Shown in pieces: positions 11,001 to 18,791 of a DNA stretch of 64,000 bases. Position 1 is the first letter of the stretch, and each line of letters begins with the position of its first letter. The notes beneath the pieces were generated by a model, which was not told where the DNA came from, did not search any database, and saw only the letters and a program-made list of their open reading frames with translations. Source of the stretch: a virus (lineage: Duplodnaviria > Caudoviricetes); the IMG/VR virus record IMGVR_UViG_3300024259_001623. The stretch is one strand, 5' to 3'. The translations under genes and the position numbers were made by a program.

Positions 11001-12677
11001 GAAACCAACAAGACCACCAACAATTCCACCTATAGCGGTTCCTATAATAGGAACCGCAGAACCGACAGCCATCCCTGCTAATGCCATACCCCCAACTGAT
11101 GCAGCAGATTTACCTAACCCTGCTGCCGCTCCTTTTGTCTCAGCACTCTCAGCCGCTCTTATATCTCCACGCTCTCTTAATGTTGCTGCCTGGCTTTCAT
11201 AATTACTTTGCATACCTCCGAAAATCAATTCTCCACCAAGAGCAGCAATACCAGCGCCAGATGCTAATTTAGCAGCTTTACCTAAATTGGCTCCTGTCTT
11301 AGCTAACCCGCCAGCCCTACTTAATAATCCGCCAGCTTTAGATCCGCCTTTACCCAAAAGTTTTCCAATAAAACCACCAGCACGTTTGCCAAGCAATTTT
11401 TGTGCAATTTTACCGCCTTTACCTTTAGTTACTCGACCCAAAACCTTGCCAGCTATATCTCCAATAATACCACCAGCAGCACCTCCAGCCATAACAACAT
11501 GCAACGGTTTTGATTTCGTTCCATCTGGTCTACCGCCAGATAATACTCCAGATAAAAAGCCTTTTACGCCTCCCCCGCCTCTTGCCCCTGCAATTCCGCT
11601 TTTAACTCTGTGCATTAATCCACCAGCCATTGTTTTTGCACCACCAATAGCAGATGCCCCAGCACCAACAACCTTCATAGCCGCTCCAACCGCAACCAAA
11701 GGAGCAACCCATTTAGCAATAAAAGATGCTATCTTCTTGACAGTATCCATATTATTCTTCAAAAAATTAGATAGCTTTTCTACTAAAGGCATAACCTCTT
11801 TACCTATAGAGATAGCAATCTCTTGCCAGAACAACTTCATTTTACCCATAGTCTTAGTATATTCATCAGCTATATTTTTTCTATTTTGATCACCTTCAGT
11901 CGCCTGTTTATTTTGCGAAACATAATCCTGCAAAGACTTATACTGGCTCTCACTAATCTTTCCAGTTGCAACCATTATGCTCAGTTGGGCCTTTAAACGC
12001 TCCTTATCGGCCCCTGCGAGATCTTCTGCTGCTCTTTGCAGTTCAGGATACTGAGAAACTAAATTGCCTACATTAGCCACCATCTGCTGCATTGCTGCCA
12101 CATTAGAACCAGTTGTTGCCCTAATATTCTTTAATAAATTATTAGCACCTTTTAAAGTAGCTAATGGGAAACCTTTTTCATAAGTTTGAAATAACTTAGT
12201 TGTCTCCATACGAGTCAAATTCAACTGCTTCGACATGTGCTTCAGTTGACCTTCTACTTCCCTGATTCCAACTCCATATTTTGCAAATTGTGCTGATAAT
12301 TGTAATAATTCTTTATTATAATCAACAACTATTGTCATAGAACCTTTCAAGTCTAATGTGGCACCAGCCAAGCTGGCCACAGATCTAGCGACTCCCATAA
12401 TAGTTGTAGTAGCCTTATTGAACTGACTAAAAGATCTAGATACAGTTAATACTGCTCCTTCTACTCCCCCTAAAGCCTTTTTCATGTCTTTAAACTGATC
12501 TGTAGCAGATTTGGTCTTTATACTATTCAGAGAATTCGTGATCTTTTTAGTTGATTTCTCTGTTTTATCAAAAGTCCCCATCAACTTCTTCATTTGATTT
12601 TCTAATGAAGAAACATCAGATTCACCTACTACTTTCAGTACATGTTCATGAACAGTTTGATTTGTTTCTTTTGCCAT
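8061..12677 (-). CDS. Tail tape measure protein
   Basis: 1538 aa, Ala/Lys/Gly-rich and helical, with hydrophobic Gly-rich segments; follows the tail tube and chaperones. Confidence 0.9.
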   Translation of the reverse strand: MAKETNQTVHEHVLKVVGESDVSSLENQMKKLMGTFDKTEKSTKKITNSLNSIKTKSATDQFKDMKKALGGVEGAVLTVSRSFSQFNKATTTIMGVARSVASLAGATLDLKGSMTIVVDYNKELLQLSAQFAKYGVGIREVEGQLKHMSKQLNLTRMETTKLFQTYEKGFPLATLKGANNLLKNIRATTGSNVAAMQQMVANVGNLVSQYPELQRAAEDLAGADKERLKAQLSIMVATGKISESQYKSLQDYVSQNKQATEGDQNRKNIADEYTKTMGKMKLFWQEIAISIGKEVMPLVEKLSNFLKNNMDTVKKIASFIAKWVAPLVAVGAAMKVVGAGASAIGGAKTMAGGLMHRVKSGIAGARGGGGVKGFLSGVLSGGRPDGTKSKPLHVVMAGGAAGGIIGDIAGKVLGRVTKGKGGKIAQKLLGKRAGGFIGKLLGKGGSKAGGLLSRAGGLAKTGANLGKAAKLASGAGIAALGGELIFGGMQSNYESQAATLRERGDIRAAESAETKGAAAGLGKSAASVGGMALAGMAVGSAVPIIGTAIGGIVGGLVGFAMEFKNISASVETILGKSEIGKKVLTSTKKAWKDIKDAGGTFWSGIKELGSIIWDGIKGLVGKVWGAVKWLGKTWLKIQKLPFTIAKKIGGAFASTKIGKAVIGGAKKLGGWIAKGAKAAFNTTLVGGIMQLGKRRQDREAKAEAARIAKVKAKISGEMEEAQAKASGEKSKRKRLNEIRSAAVTGIGGKSAAALISARGGAASSTDIRARVEKDLTGKLSVKNLANMKEQHQVLTDLVAKKKEEKATEEEINMVQAKADTLGRSINAIVDERQKAYAGVNDKLKEAQEFEAQIAIIAKQQKELKEAYVKSASAAASAAQAEFEAAAITGNVAKAYEAQAVSQTRIAKARTMTQASLKIQVALRKNLVSAMKKQIDMAVENGTISKEEKDTKMAQLMSDKSLQDVNAQISALQAESANQAKQALDIDKMKLVFAEKISAASSAAAQSVRSELEARRDLNLLMSGTVTRDRAKTEAHLVHLIKVQKHELKEAEALARQLPKDGIEYAQAMVKVNNIQAKIAQTQMQGAKLITFTSDQTGRLLSVRKNLAAAGRTDLDSAAQYFALTGKGEAQFEKAYQNRIKLIQNQSTAAQEDLEATREALSTLKEEEKTGELYLQLKIKEKNVTAELAKLEKDRQEVILSVGLKYREREQVLAAEAQHASNMVSLMDNMVTGLGASVAMRQKQLEMIRQQRELVQRELKDHLSRYNLEEENITQRKRRLALQNKSVQMLQQEASVAKSMRDGWVSAINAQTIGSGRIAKLRISSDQNMRQSLQYMQQYRSALSGAVARRGEGPIGFTNAERFRATQGGGLSIDGGRTRGQGYAPDVGIKMDENNKMLRELREGIIKTYEKSTTRITDAIRGRFPAGLANQPGATSATTAPTVGTGRRGKVGKGPGAVGGRGTSGVTGSGRGVPNTAMEDNLQSAVESAGPGSGVSSRLNVSIDFTGLSSAEAIAKAVGDATGNKMAQFLAEIDLGKTS

Positions 12678-12704
12678 ATTTTTTCCATATTTTTATAAAA
12701 ATAA

Positions 12705-12753
12705 AGAGGAACCGCTGTTATAAATCATTATATTTAATAACGTTGATTCCTCT
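12705..12753 (-). promoter_or_regulatory. Imperfect intergenic hairpin followed by a U-rich run, upstream of the tape measure
   Basis: AGAGGAA/TTCCTCT, GTTAT/ATAAC and AAAT/ATTT arms; followed by TTATTTTT on the minus strand. Confidence 0.45.
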
Positions 12754-12785
12754 AATATTCAATTATATTGAAATATATAAATATT

Positions 12786-13193
12786 TTAATCTTCTGCCGC
12801 TACGACCTCATCAAATCGATCCATAATTATAGCTGCAACGTCTGGATTTAATTTATCAATATTATTTCTATTTACCTTAACCGCTTCTCCATCTGCATCT
12901 GTCAAAGTCCATTCCTTAACTAAGGCACAAAATCTTTCATATCTTAGCAATGCAGGATCGATTTCTACATCATCTCCCTTAGTCTTCAATGTCATACTAA
13001 GAATTTCTACATTATCTCTATATGATGCCTGTCTAAACCTAACAGTATGTTCAACCGTATTTGTCACTCCCGCCCCTTTATCAAAAGAATTTGTATCTTT
13101 AGCAACAACTAAACCGCCTTTCTTGTCAGTTGCTGATGCGAATGTAACTTCCATAAGTTCTTTATTATTTATAAATAGTCCTGTGTTTTTCAT
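12786..13193 (-). CDS. Second tail assembly chaperone (gpG-like paralogue)
   Basis: C-terminus (LVKEWTLTDADGEAVKVNRNNIDKLNPDVA) aligns with 13399..13941 (LVKWDLKDETGAEIPLTPQNVDRLPSDVV); sits between tube and tape measure. Confidence 0.7.
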   Translation of the reverse strand: MKNTGLFINNKELMEVTFASATDKKGGLVVAKDTNSFDKGAGVTNTVEHTVRFRQASYRDNVEILSMTLKTKGDDVEIDPALLRYERFCALVKEWTLTDADGEAVKVNRNNIDKLNPDVAAIIMDRFDEVVAAED

Positions 13194-13396
13194 AATCCTA
13201 CTTGCTCCTTAAAGCTGGGTTTTAATCTATCATGTATCAAAGCCAATGTGGTAAAAATCTCATAATCCTTTAACGACAAATTTCTTACGTATTCTAGAGT
13301 CCATCCAGTTTTTTCTACAACTATATATTCTTTTATTGATATCGGCAATGGCTGTCCAGCAGGAGATCTACCCCTAATATAATCAGCCATCGCCAT
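13190..13396 (-). CDS. Tail assembly chaperone T-part (gpT-like), in the -1 frame of the upstream gene
   Basis: 68 aa with GWTLEYVRNLSL; joined in frame to 13399..13941 by a -1 shift at A_AAA_AAC. Confidence 0.75.
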   Translation of the reverse strand: MAMADYIRGRSPAGQPLPISIKEYIVVEKTGWTLEYVRNLSLKDYEIFTTLALIHDRLKPSFKEQVGL

Positions 13397-13398
13397 GC

Positions 13399-13941
13399 TT
13401 AGTTTTTTGCTTCTTCCGCCGAGATAGATATCATATTTTCATACTTAGATAATAATGTCATTACAACATCGCTAGGTAATCTATCTACATTTTGAGGGGT
13501 TAAAGGAATTTCTGCCCCAGTTTCGTCTTTCAAATCCCATTTTACAAGACAAGTCTTTAGTCTTAAATCTCTGAACTTCCAGACATTCAAATCTTGCATC
13601 GCTTCATTTTGATTATAATATGAAGCTTTCTCGGTAATATCGTTTTGTTCTCTCCAAGAAATAGATTTCCATAATGTTCTTACACACTGTATGTTAGGAA
13701 ATGTCTTCTCTTCAATATCTGGCTGACTAACAACCTTTTCATCGCCATCAACTGGATCTATTTTTACCTCTGACTCTGCTTTCTTTCTTCTTTTCTCTTC
13801 ATATTTTTCTTTTTTATTCAGTTCTGTTTCTGCTTCTTCGTCATCCCAAACAACTATCTTTTTATAGCCATATTTTGTAACAACTTCTTCAAAATATAAC
13901 TTTACCTCTACTGTCCAGTCTTGTTCATTAAGAAGTCCCAT
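13399..13941 (-). CDS. Tail assembly chaperone (gpG-like)
   Basis: Directly downstream of the tail tube; ends in a slippery heptamer. Confidence 0.75.
   Translation of the reverse strand: MGLLNEQDWTVEVKLYFEEVVTKYGYKKIVVWDDEEAETELNKKEKYEEKRRKKAESEVKIDPVDGDEKVVSQPDIEEKTFPNIQCVRTLWKSISWREQNDITEKASYYNQNEAMQDLNVWKFRDLRLKTCLVKWDLKDETGAEIPLTPQNVDRLPSDVVMTLLSKYENMISISAEEAKN
13402..13408 (-). promoter_or_regulatory. Programmed -1 ribosomal frameshift site A AAA AAC
   Basis: GCA AAA AAC TAA in frame 0; the -1 frame reads AAA AAA CTA AGC ATG GCG into 13190..13396. Confidence 0.8.
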
Positions 13942-13984
13942 TGAATATCTCTCCTTTTGCGACTAACAAATCTCTCATTTAATA

Positions 13985-13992
13985 TTATCGTC
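13985..13992 (-). promoter_or_regulatory. Candidate promoter core GACGATAA
   Basis: Between the tube terminator and the chaperone gene. Confidence 0.35.
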
Positions 13993-14015
13993 AGATATTA
14001 TGGATATATAATAAA

Positions 14016-14046
14016 AAAAGGAGAGAATTTTTATTTCTCTCCTTTT
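14016..14046 (-). terminator. Intrinsic terminator after the tail tube gene
   Basis: GGAGAGAA/TTCTCTCC stem followed by a T-run on the minus strand. Confidence 0.75.
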
Positions 14047-14069
14047 AAAACTTAATTTTATTTGTAATA

Positions 14070-15077
14070 TTATGTTAGGAAATTGTAACTTCTCTGGTTG
14101 GTGTATCCTTCGCTGATGCCGCTGGCAACAATAGGACTACCAGGAAGAACTCTGTAATTAACTGTAGTCTCTAGCAATTCATTTGTGATTGCTATTTCTT
14201 CAATCTGGAAAACAGTTCCGCCCATTCTAACTATAAAGTTACCAGCACATCCAACTCCAATATCTCCAGCACAAGTTGGGGCGGCAGTAGAACCTGCCGA
14301 CAAATTACTTTTACTTCCAACGCAATATCCCCAAATGACTTCAGACGTTTCGGTGCATCTTGTCTGATTGTCTTGACCCTTAAAGCCGGCTCTTGCAGCT
14401 AAAAGTTCATTTCTACCCATAACAGTAATGCTACCAGTGATGTCCCTCTTGGTCGCGGCAACATCCTGAGCAACTAACTTACCATTTAGAGTATAATAAC
14501 GCTGAGAATTATTATTGACATTGATACTGAAAGATCTGATCTCGTCGCCACCAACGGCTCCGCTACCTACTAGGAACTTTACAACAGCATCATTCCAAGT
14601 AACAACTCTTGAATTTCTTTGCTCATAAAACGCTTGAGATTCTGTAGCATCGCCAGTAGCACCGTTATCTCTATCAATACCTATAATACCAATATTGATA
14701 TTAACCATATCACTCTGAGTAACGCTATATTCAAACGTATCTACGATATTACTGCTATATTCGTAAGAAACACCAGTTGCATACTTGACTTTAATATTAT
14801 CAATTCTATTTGCTAATCTACCAGATGTATTTCTTTCTATAACTCCATTCCATAATGTTCTAGTGACAGAATCACCATCTTCATGAACAGCAGGGAAAGA
14901 TATTGATCCGCCGACTTCTTTTGCTTGTACCTGATAAGTAGTCTTATCGAATTTACCGTCTACTAAGTTAGGAGAATCAATAGCTTGCGTTGCCCTAATA
15001 TCACAAGATGTCGCTCTAACTCTAGACCCGTCTAAACTGACGAATCCTACATATCCTAATTGGGCTTGATTTGGCAT
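14070..15077 (-). CDS. Major tail tube protein
   Basis: 335 aa, beta-rich (RDITGSITV; FQIEEIAITNELLETTVNY); strong RBS, own terminator, precedes chaperones and tape measure. Confidence 0.75.
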   Translation of the reverse strand: MPNQAQLGYVGFVSLDGSRVRATSCDIRATQAIDSPNLVDGKFDKTTYQVQAKEVGGSISFPAVHEDGDSVTRTLWNGVIERNTSGRLANRIDNIKVKYATGVSYEYSSNIVDTFEYSVTQSDMVNINIGIIGIDRDNGATGDATESQAFYEQRNSRVVTWNDAVVKFLVGSGAVGGDEIRSFSINVNNNSQRYYTLNGKLVAQDVAATKRDITGSITVMGRNELLAARAGFKGQDNQTRCTETSEVIWGYCVGSKSNLSAGSTAAPTCAGDIGVGCAGNFIVRMGGTVFQIEEIAITNELLETTVNYRVLPGSPIVASGISEGYTNQRSYNFLT

Positions 15078-15128
15078 AAATAAGCTCCTATATTCCTATT
15101 CTGTATAACACTTATGATAAACCGACTA

Positions 15129-15554
15129 TTAAATACTATCTGTGACATAAATATCACTGATATCAAATCCTACTTCTGAGCTTAGTGACTGCCAGGTTTC
15201 ATCAACGGTGATAGGTGTTCCATCCGTAGTACACGCAGCGAAAAACTCATCTATTTCAGTATAACTTCCTCTAACGATAACATGATTATTCAATGCTCTA
15301 ACAGCTTCTAATAAAGCAGTAGGAGTATTAAACTGAGAAGAACTAAGATTATACGAATTCCAAAAAGAACTCAATAAGTCTATCTCAGGAATACATGTCT
15401 GCAACATAACTATTTGATAGACGGCATCTAACAAATCTTGATTAACAGCCAAAACCCTTTCTCTAGCTTGAGCGTATAAATCAGCCAAGCACTTATAATC
15501 TTCGCAACTGATTAATCCACTGTCTAAATCGCATGATCCTGTAACACAAGCCAT
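15129..15554 (-). CDS. Hypothetical protein upstream of the tail tube
   Basis: 141 aa with AGGAG RBS; Cys-containing. Confidence 0.6.
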   Translation of the reverse strand: MACVTGSCDLDSGLISCEDYKCLADLYAQARERVLAVNQDLLDAVYQIVMLQTCIPEIDLLSSFWNSYNLSSSQFNTPTALLEAVRALNNHVIVRGSYTEIDEFFAACTTDGTPITVDETWQSLSSEVGFDISDIYVTDSI

Positions 15555-15574
15555 ATTATTTCTCCTGATGATAA

Positions 15575-15625
15575 AAGGAAAATAATTCCAATTAATTACT
15601 TATATTGTTCTTCAATATTTTCCTT
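15575..15625 (-). promoter_or_regulatory. Long-loop intergenic inverted repeat
   Basis: AAGGAAAATA (15575-15584) / TATTTTCCTT (15616-15625), a perfect 10-bp stem. Confidence 0.45.
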
Positions 15626-15639
15626 CGAAACCTTTTTAT

Positions 15640-16851
15640 TTATTCAAAAATTTCTAAATTTAATTCATTTTTATTATTTCTAACTACTTTTATAACATCC
15701 TTTATTTTTCGTAAAAAGTTTCTTAATTCAAACTTCTTAGAAACCTTTACGCTACATGACTTTATTTCTTGAAAAACTTCTGGTTTCCTTTTTTTTATAT
15801 TTTCTAATTCCAATAAAATATCAGCGAATGATTTATAAGAAGCAACTTCATAGTGTTCTGCCAAAGCTCCTACATAAACATTACTATCAACAAAGAATTG
15901 ATATGCCTCTGGCATCTCCTCAATAATCTCTTTTAATGCTCCAACTTTTGTAGCTACAGGTATACAACCACAAGCCATTCCCTCTAAAACAGACATTCCA
16001 GTAGCCGCTCTAACAGATAAGTCTGCTACTACATCACATCCGTTTAATTTTTCGACCAACGCTTTTTCTTCTATACCTTCATTAATACCAATAAACTCTT
16101 CTGGTAATGCAATAGCATTATGCTTATCATATCTTTCTTTCAAATAATATAAGTCATAATCCCCTTCATCAGATATATTTGTGTGCATATAAGATTCTAT
16201 ATTCTCATTGCGATCTCTTGCAGAAGCTACGCCCATCATATATGTAGCAGAACCAGAAGATTGAGAGTTTTTGCCACAACCAAATATCTTTAATTTATTA
16301 GAATTTTTAATAATATTATCTTTTATATTAAAAACATCATGATCTATTCCTATAGGTACATATTCACATAAGGTATTACAGAACTCGCTGACTTCTTTTG
16401 CCCCTTCCTTTGTGGATGATAAAATATAATCCATATACTGAAAAGAATCTTTTCTAGAATCGTTAATCGGAACTGCATCAATAGTTAATATATTAATCCA
16501 TTTGAATAATGTAGGATGTAGAGATTTTATAGCAAATATAAAATCTGTCTCATGATAATCTCCTATAGAGATAACGACATCTGGCTGTGCCTTTTTCATT
16601 ATCTCATAAACTTGTGGAGAAGACATGTCTACTCTATTAATAAACGGATATATACGACATATCTTTTTATCATTTTTTTCAAAAAAGAATTGACCATCTT
16701 CACTGGCAGAATACCAACTAATATCATGATGCCAAACAGCAGAACTAACTTCTACATCTGGCATCTCTGATAAACATTCTAATACATAAGAGTTGATTTT
16801 TCCTAACTTTGTAGACAAATAGGGTGAGGCACTTACCGTTAAAATTTTCAT
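15640..16851 (-). CDS. GT-B (family 4-like) glycosyltransferase with a degenerate E-x7-E motif
   Basis: EYVPIGIDHDVF; CDVVADLSVRAATGMSVLEGMACGCIPVATKVGALKEII, with the first Glu replaced by Ala. Confidence 0.75.
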   Translation of the reverse strand: MKILTVSASPYLSTKLGKINSYVLECLSEMPDVEVSSAVWHHDISWYSASEDGQFFFEKNDKKICRIYPFINRVDMSSPQVYEIMKKAQPDVVISIGDYHETDFIFAIKSLHPTLFKWINILTIDAVPINDSRKDSFQYMDYILSSTKEGAKEVSEFCNTLCEYVPIGIDHDVFNIKDNIIKNSNKLKIFGCGKNSQSSGSATYMMGVASARDRNENIESYMHTNISDEGDYDLYYLKERYDKHNAIALPEEFIGINEGIEEKALVEKLNGCDVVADLSVRAATGMSVLEGMACGCIPVATKVGALKEIIEEMPEAYQFFVDSNVYVGALAEHYEVASYKSFADILLELENIKKRKPEVFQEIKSCSVKVSKKFELRNFLRKIKDVIKVVRNNKNELNLEIFE

Positions 16852-16866
16852 TATATTCCTTTCTAA

Positions 16867-17775
16867 TTACGTCAAGTTTGTGTCTATTGGGAACTCTGGC
16901 TGAACTTGCTCTTCCCATGCAAACCAGGATATAGTAGCAGCTTTCAGCATCGAACCCTTAAATATAGTACCATATTGAGTACTGTCAGGCCACGAATTAT
17001 ATATAAATCTGGTAGTGTTAATGATTTTTGCTCCATCGGCAACATCATAGCTACAAGATGTAGGTTCAAGCAATTTTACAGTAGTTGCATCTATAATTTC
17101 TTCAATTCTATTTTCTTCTGATTTATATGCATCTTCAATCAATATTCTTTGTTGCTCTGGAATATTAAATATAGAACTATCTGCGACTTTCAAATATATA
17201 TCTGCCAACGCTGCATCAGCGGCAAGAGATGTAGTCTGATAAGGACCGACTAACGGAAATATATTGTTTTTAAGACCTTCTCTTATTGTATCAGTGACTC
17301 TCATCAAAAATCTATATGTATCTTCTTGATTACCAGATAAAACATATACAGATAATTCAACTTGATATGATTCTTTTGTACTATCTAAGGTCAACCATTC
17401 GGAATCTGCCGACACAGCCTTAATAGTTATAGCTGGATATCTAGGAATATTATCAGGTTCTCCCAAATATACTTGTTGAACAAAATTTTGGAAGAATGTC
17501 TTCTCTAGGATTGGACTCTCGTTGATATCCCAATAATATTGTATAGCAGTAGTCAATTCAAGATGAGTAGAATCTACTATACTTTTAACTATCAAAGGCG
17601 TTTCGGCTAAAGTAGGCGTTCTGATTAAAACTTCATCCCCTACTCTAAATCTTTTGGTAGTATTTATATTCAAAATTGTATCGCCAGGGGTTGCATCACT
17701 CAAAAGAGGAGCATTTGTAGCGGCCCAGCGGTCCACCATTCTTTTAACACTATCAAGGATCTCTTCCATAGCCAT
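16867..17775 (-). CDS. Tail terminator/completion-like neck protein with two inserted beta modules
   Basis: Core YLGEPDNIPRYPAITI...YQVELSVYV...DTIREGL resembles tail terminator proteins; position between adaptor and tube. Confidence 0.55.
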   Translation of the reverse strand: MAMEEILDSVKRMVDRWAATNAPLLSDATPGDTILNINTTKRFRVGDEVLIRTPTLAETPLIVKSIVDSTHLELTTAIQYYWDINESPILEKTFFQNFVQQVYLGEPDNIPRYPAITIKAVSADSEWLTLDSTKESYQVELSVYVLSGNQEDTYRFLMRVTDTIREGLKNNIFPLVGPYQTTSLAADAALADIYLKVADSSIFNIPEQQRILIEDAYKSEENRIEEIIDATTVKLLEPTSCSYDVADGAKIINTTRFIYNSWPDSTQYGTIFKGSMLKAATISWFAWEEQVQPEFPIDTNLT

Positions 17776-18056
17776 TATATCAAACCCTTAGTAAAATTTT
17801 CTAATATATCAGTTACCAAATTGTCTACATGCTTGCCTTTCAATTTATTCTTTTCAAGAGCTTTTAAGTATTGAGCTTGCTCCATAGCTTGTTTCTCATT
17901 CTCGCTAAGTCTACTCGTATCGACACTCATAGATTCAACAACCTGTCCTTTCTCTACTAAAACTCTACCATCTAATGTTTTTGCTTTTTTAATGCCAGCA
18001 TTCATCATTTTAATATCTTTGACTAGCTTCTCAATGCCCTCAACCTTTTTAGCCAT
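17775..18056 (-). CDS. Small hypothetical neck-operon protein
   Basis: 93 aa, overlapping stop/start with its neighbour. Confidence 0.55.
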   Translation of the reverse strand: MAKKVEGIEKLVKDIKMMNAGIKKAKTLDGRVLVEKGQVVESMSVDTSRLSENEKQAMEQAQYLKALEKNKLKGKHVDNLVTDILENFTKGLI

Positions 18057-18061
18057 AATGA

Positions 18062-18787
18062 TTATACCTCATCCATATTATTGTCACCTGGCTGAACATA
18101 AGGCAATCCATACCTATCTACGACATTGGAATTATAGAATCTTCTACCTATTCTTATTTGACCATGCAAAATTGTTCTACCATTTAATATATTATTTAAA
18201 TCTCTTTTCGCCAATTTTCTCATCAGACCACCATATTCTGATTCGCTAGGAGAGGCTTGAGACATAAAATATTTTTCATAAATAGAAGCCCCAGCCATTC
18301 TTGCAGAAACTAAAGGAATAGGATCGGGATATCTAACTCTTATCAATCTAGTCTCAGTAGCGACAAACGCATAACTTATTGGTTCAGTCGTGGTAAATAC
18401 ATTTGTGTCAATATCATCAACAATAGACTCAATAATAACTCTTTCTTCATTATCTCCATCAGTCAAAATTAGATTATCACCCGGATAAAAAGGACAACTT
18501 TTTTCGGTTATAATATAATCATTATAGTCATCTATATTTGACAGCAAAGTAGTCTCAAAATCTGACTTTTCACAAAGAGGAGTTATATATAACTCGCTCA
18601 AAGCTGAATTAATCTCAGAATCAGCCCATTTAATATATTGATCAACAATCTCTGATGATATAATATTTGAATCAAAAGTATTTCCGATTTTCAACAAATC
18701 TTCTGGTTCTCCAGAACTTCTTGGAGCAGCAGAAGTTAACGCCTGTGCCACAATATACTCTATTGAAGTTATATTAGAATATCCCAC
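18062..18787 (-). CDS. Head-tail adaptor (Mu gp36/DUF1320-like) with an inserted beta module
   Basis: IVDQYIKWADSEINSALSELYITPL ... PDPIPLVSARMAGASIY ... AKRDLNNILNG. Confidence 0.65.
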   Translation of the reverse strand: MGYSNITSIEYIVAQALTSAAPRSSGEPEDLLKIGNTFDSNIISSEIVDQYIKWADSEINSALSELYITPLCEKSDFETTLLSNIDDYNDYIITEKSCPFYPGDNLILTDGDNEERVIIESIVDDIDTNVFTTTEPISYAFVATETRLIRVRYPDPIPLVSARMAGASIYEKYFMSQASPSESEYGGLMRKLAKRDLNNILNGRTILHGQIRIGRRFYNSNVVDRYGLPYVQPGDNNMDEV

Positions 18788-18791
18788 GTAT

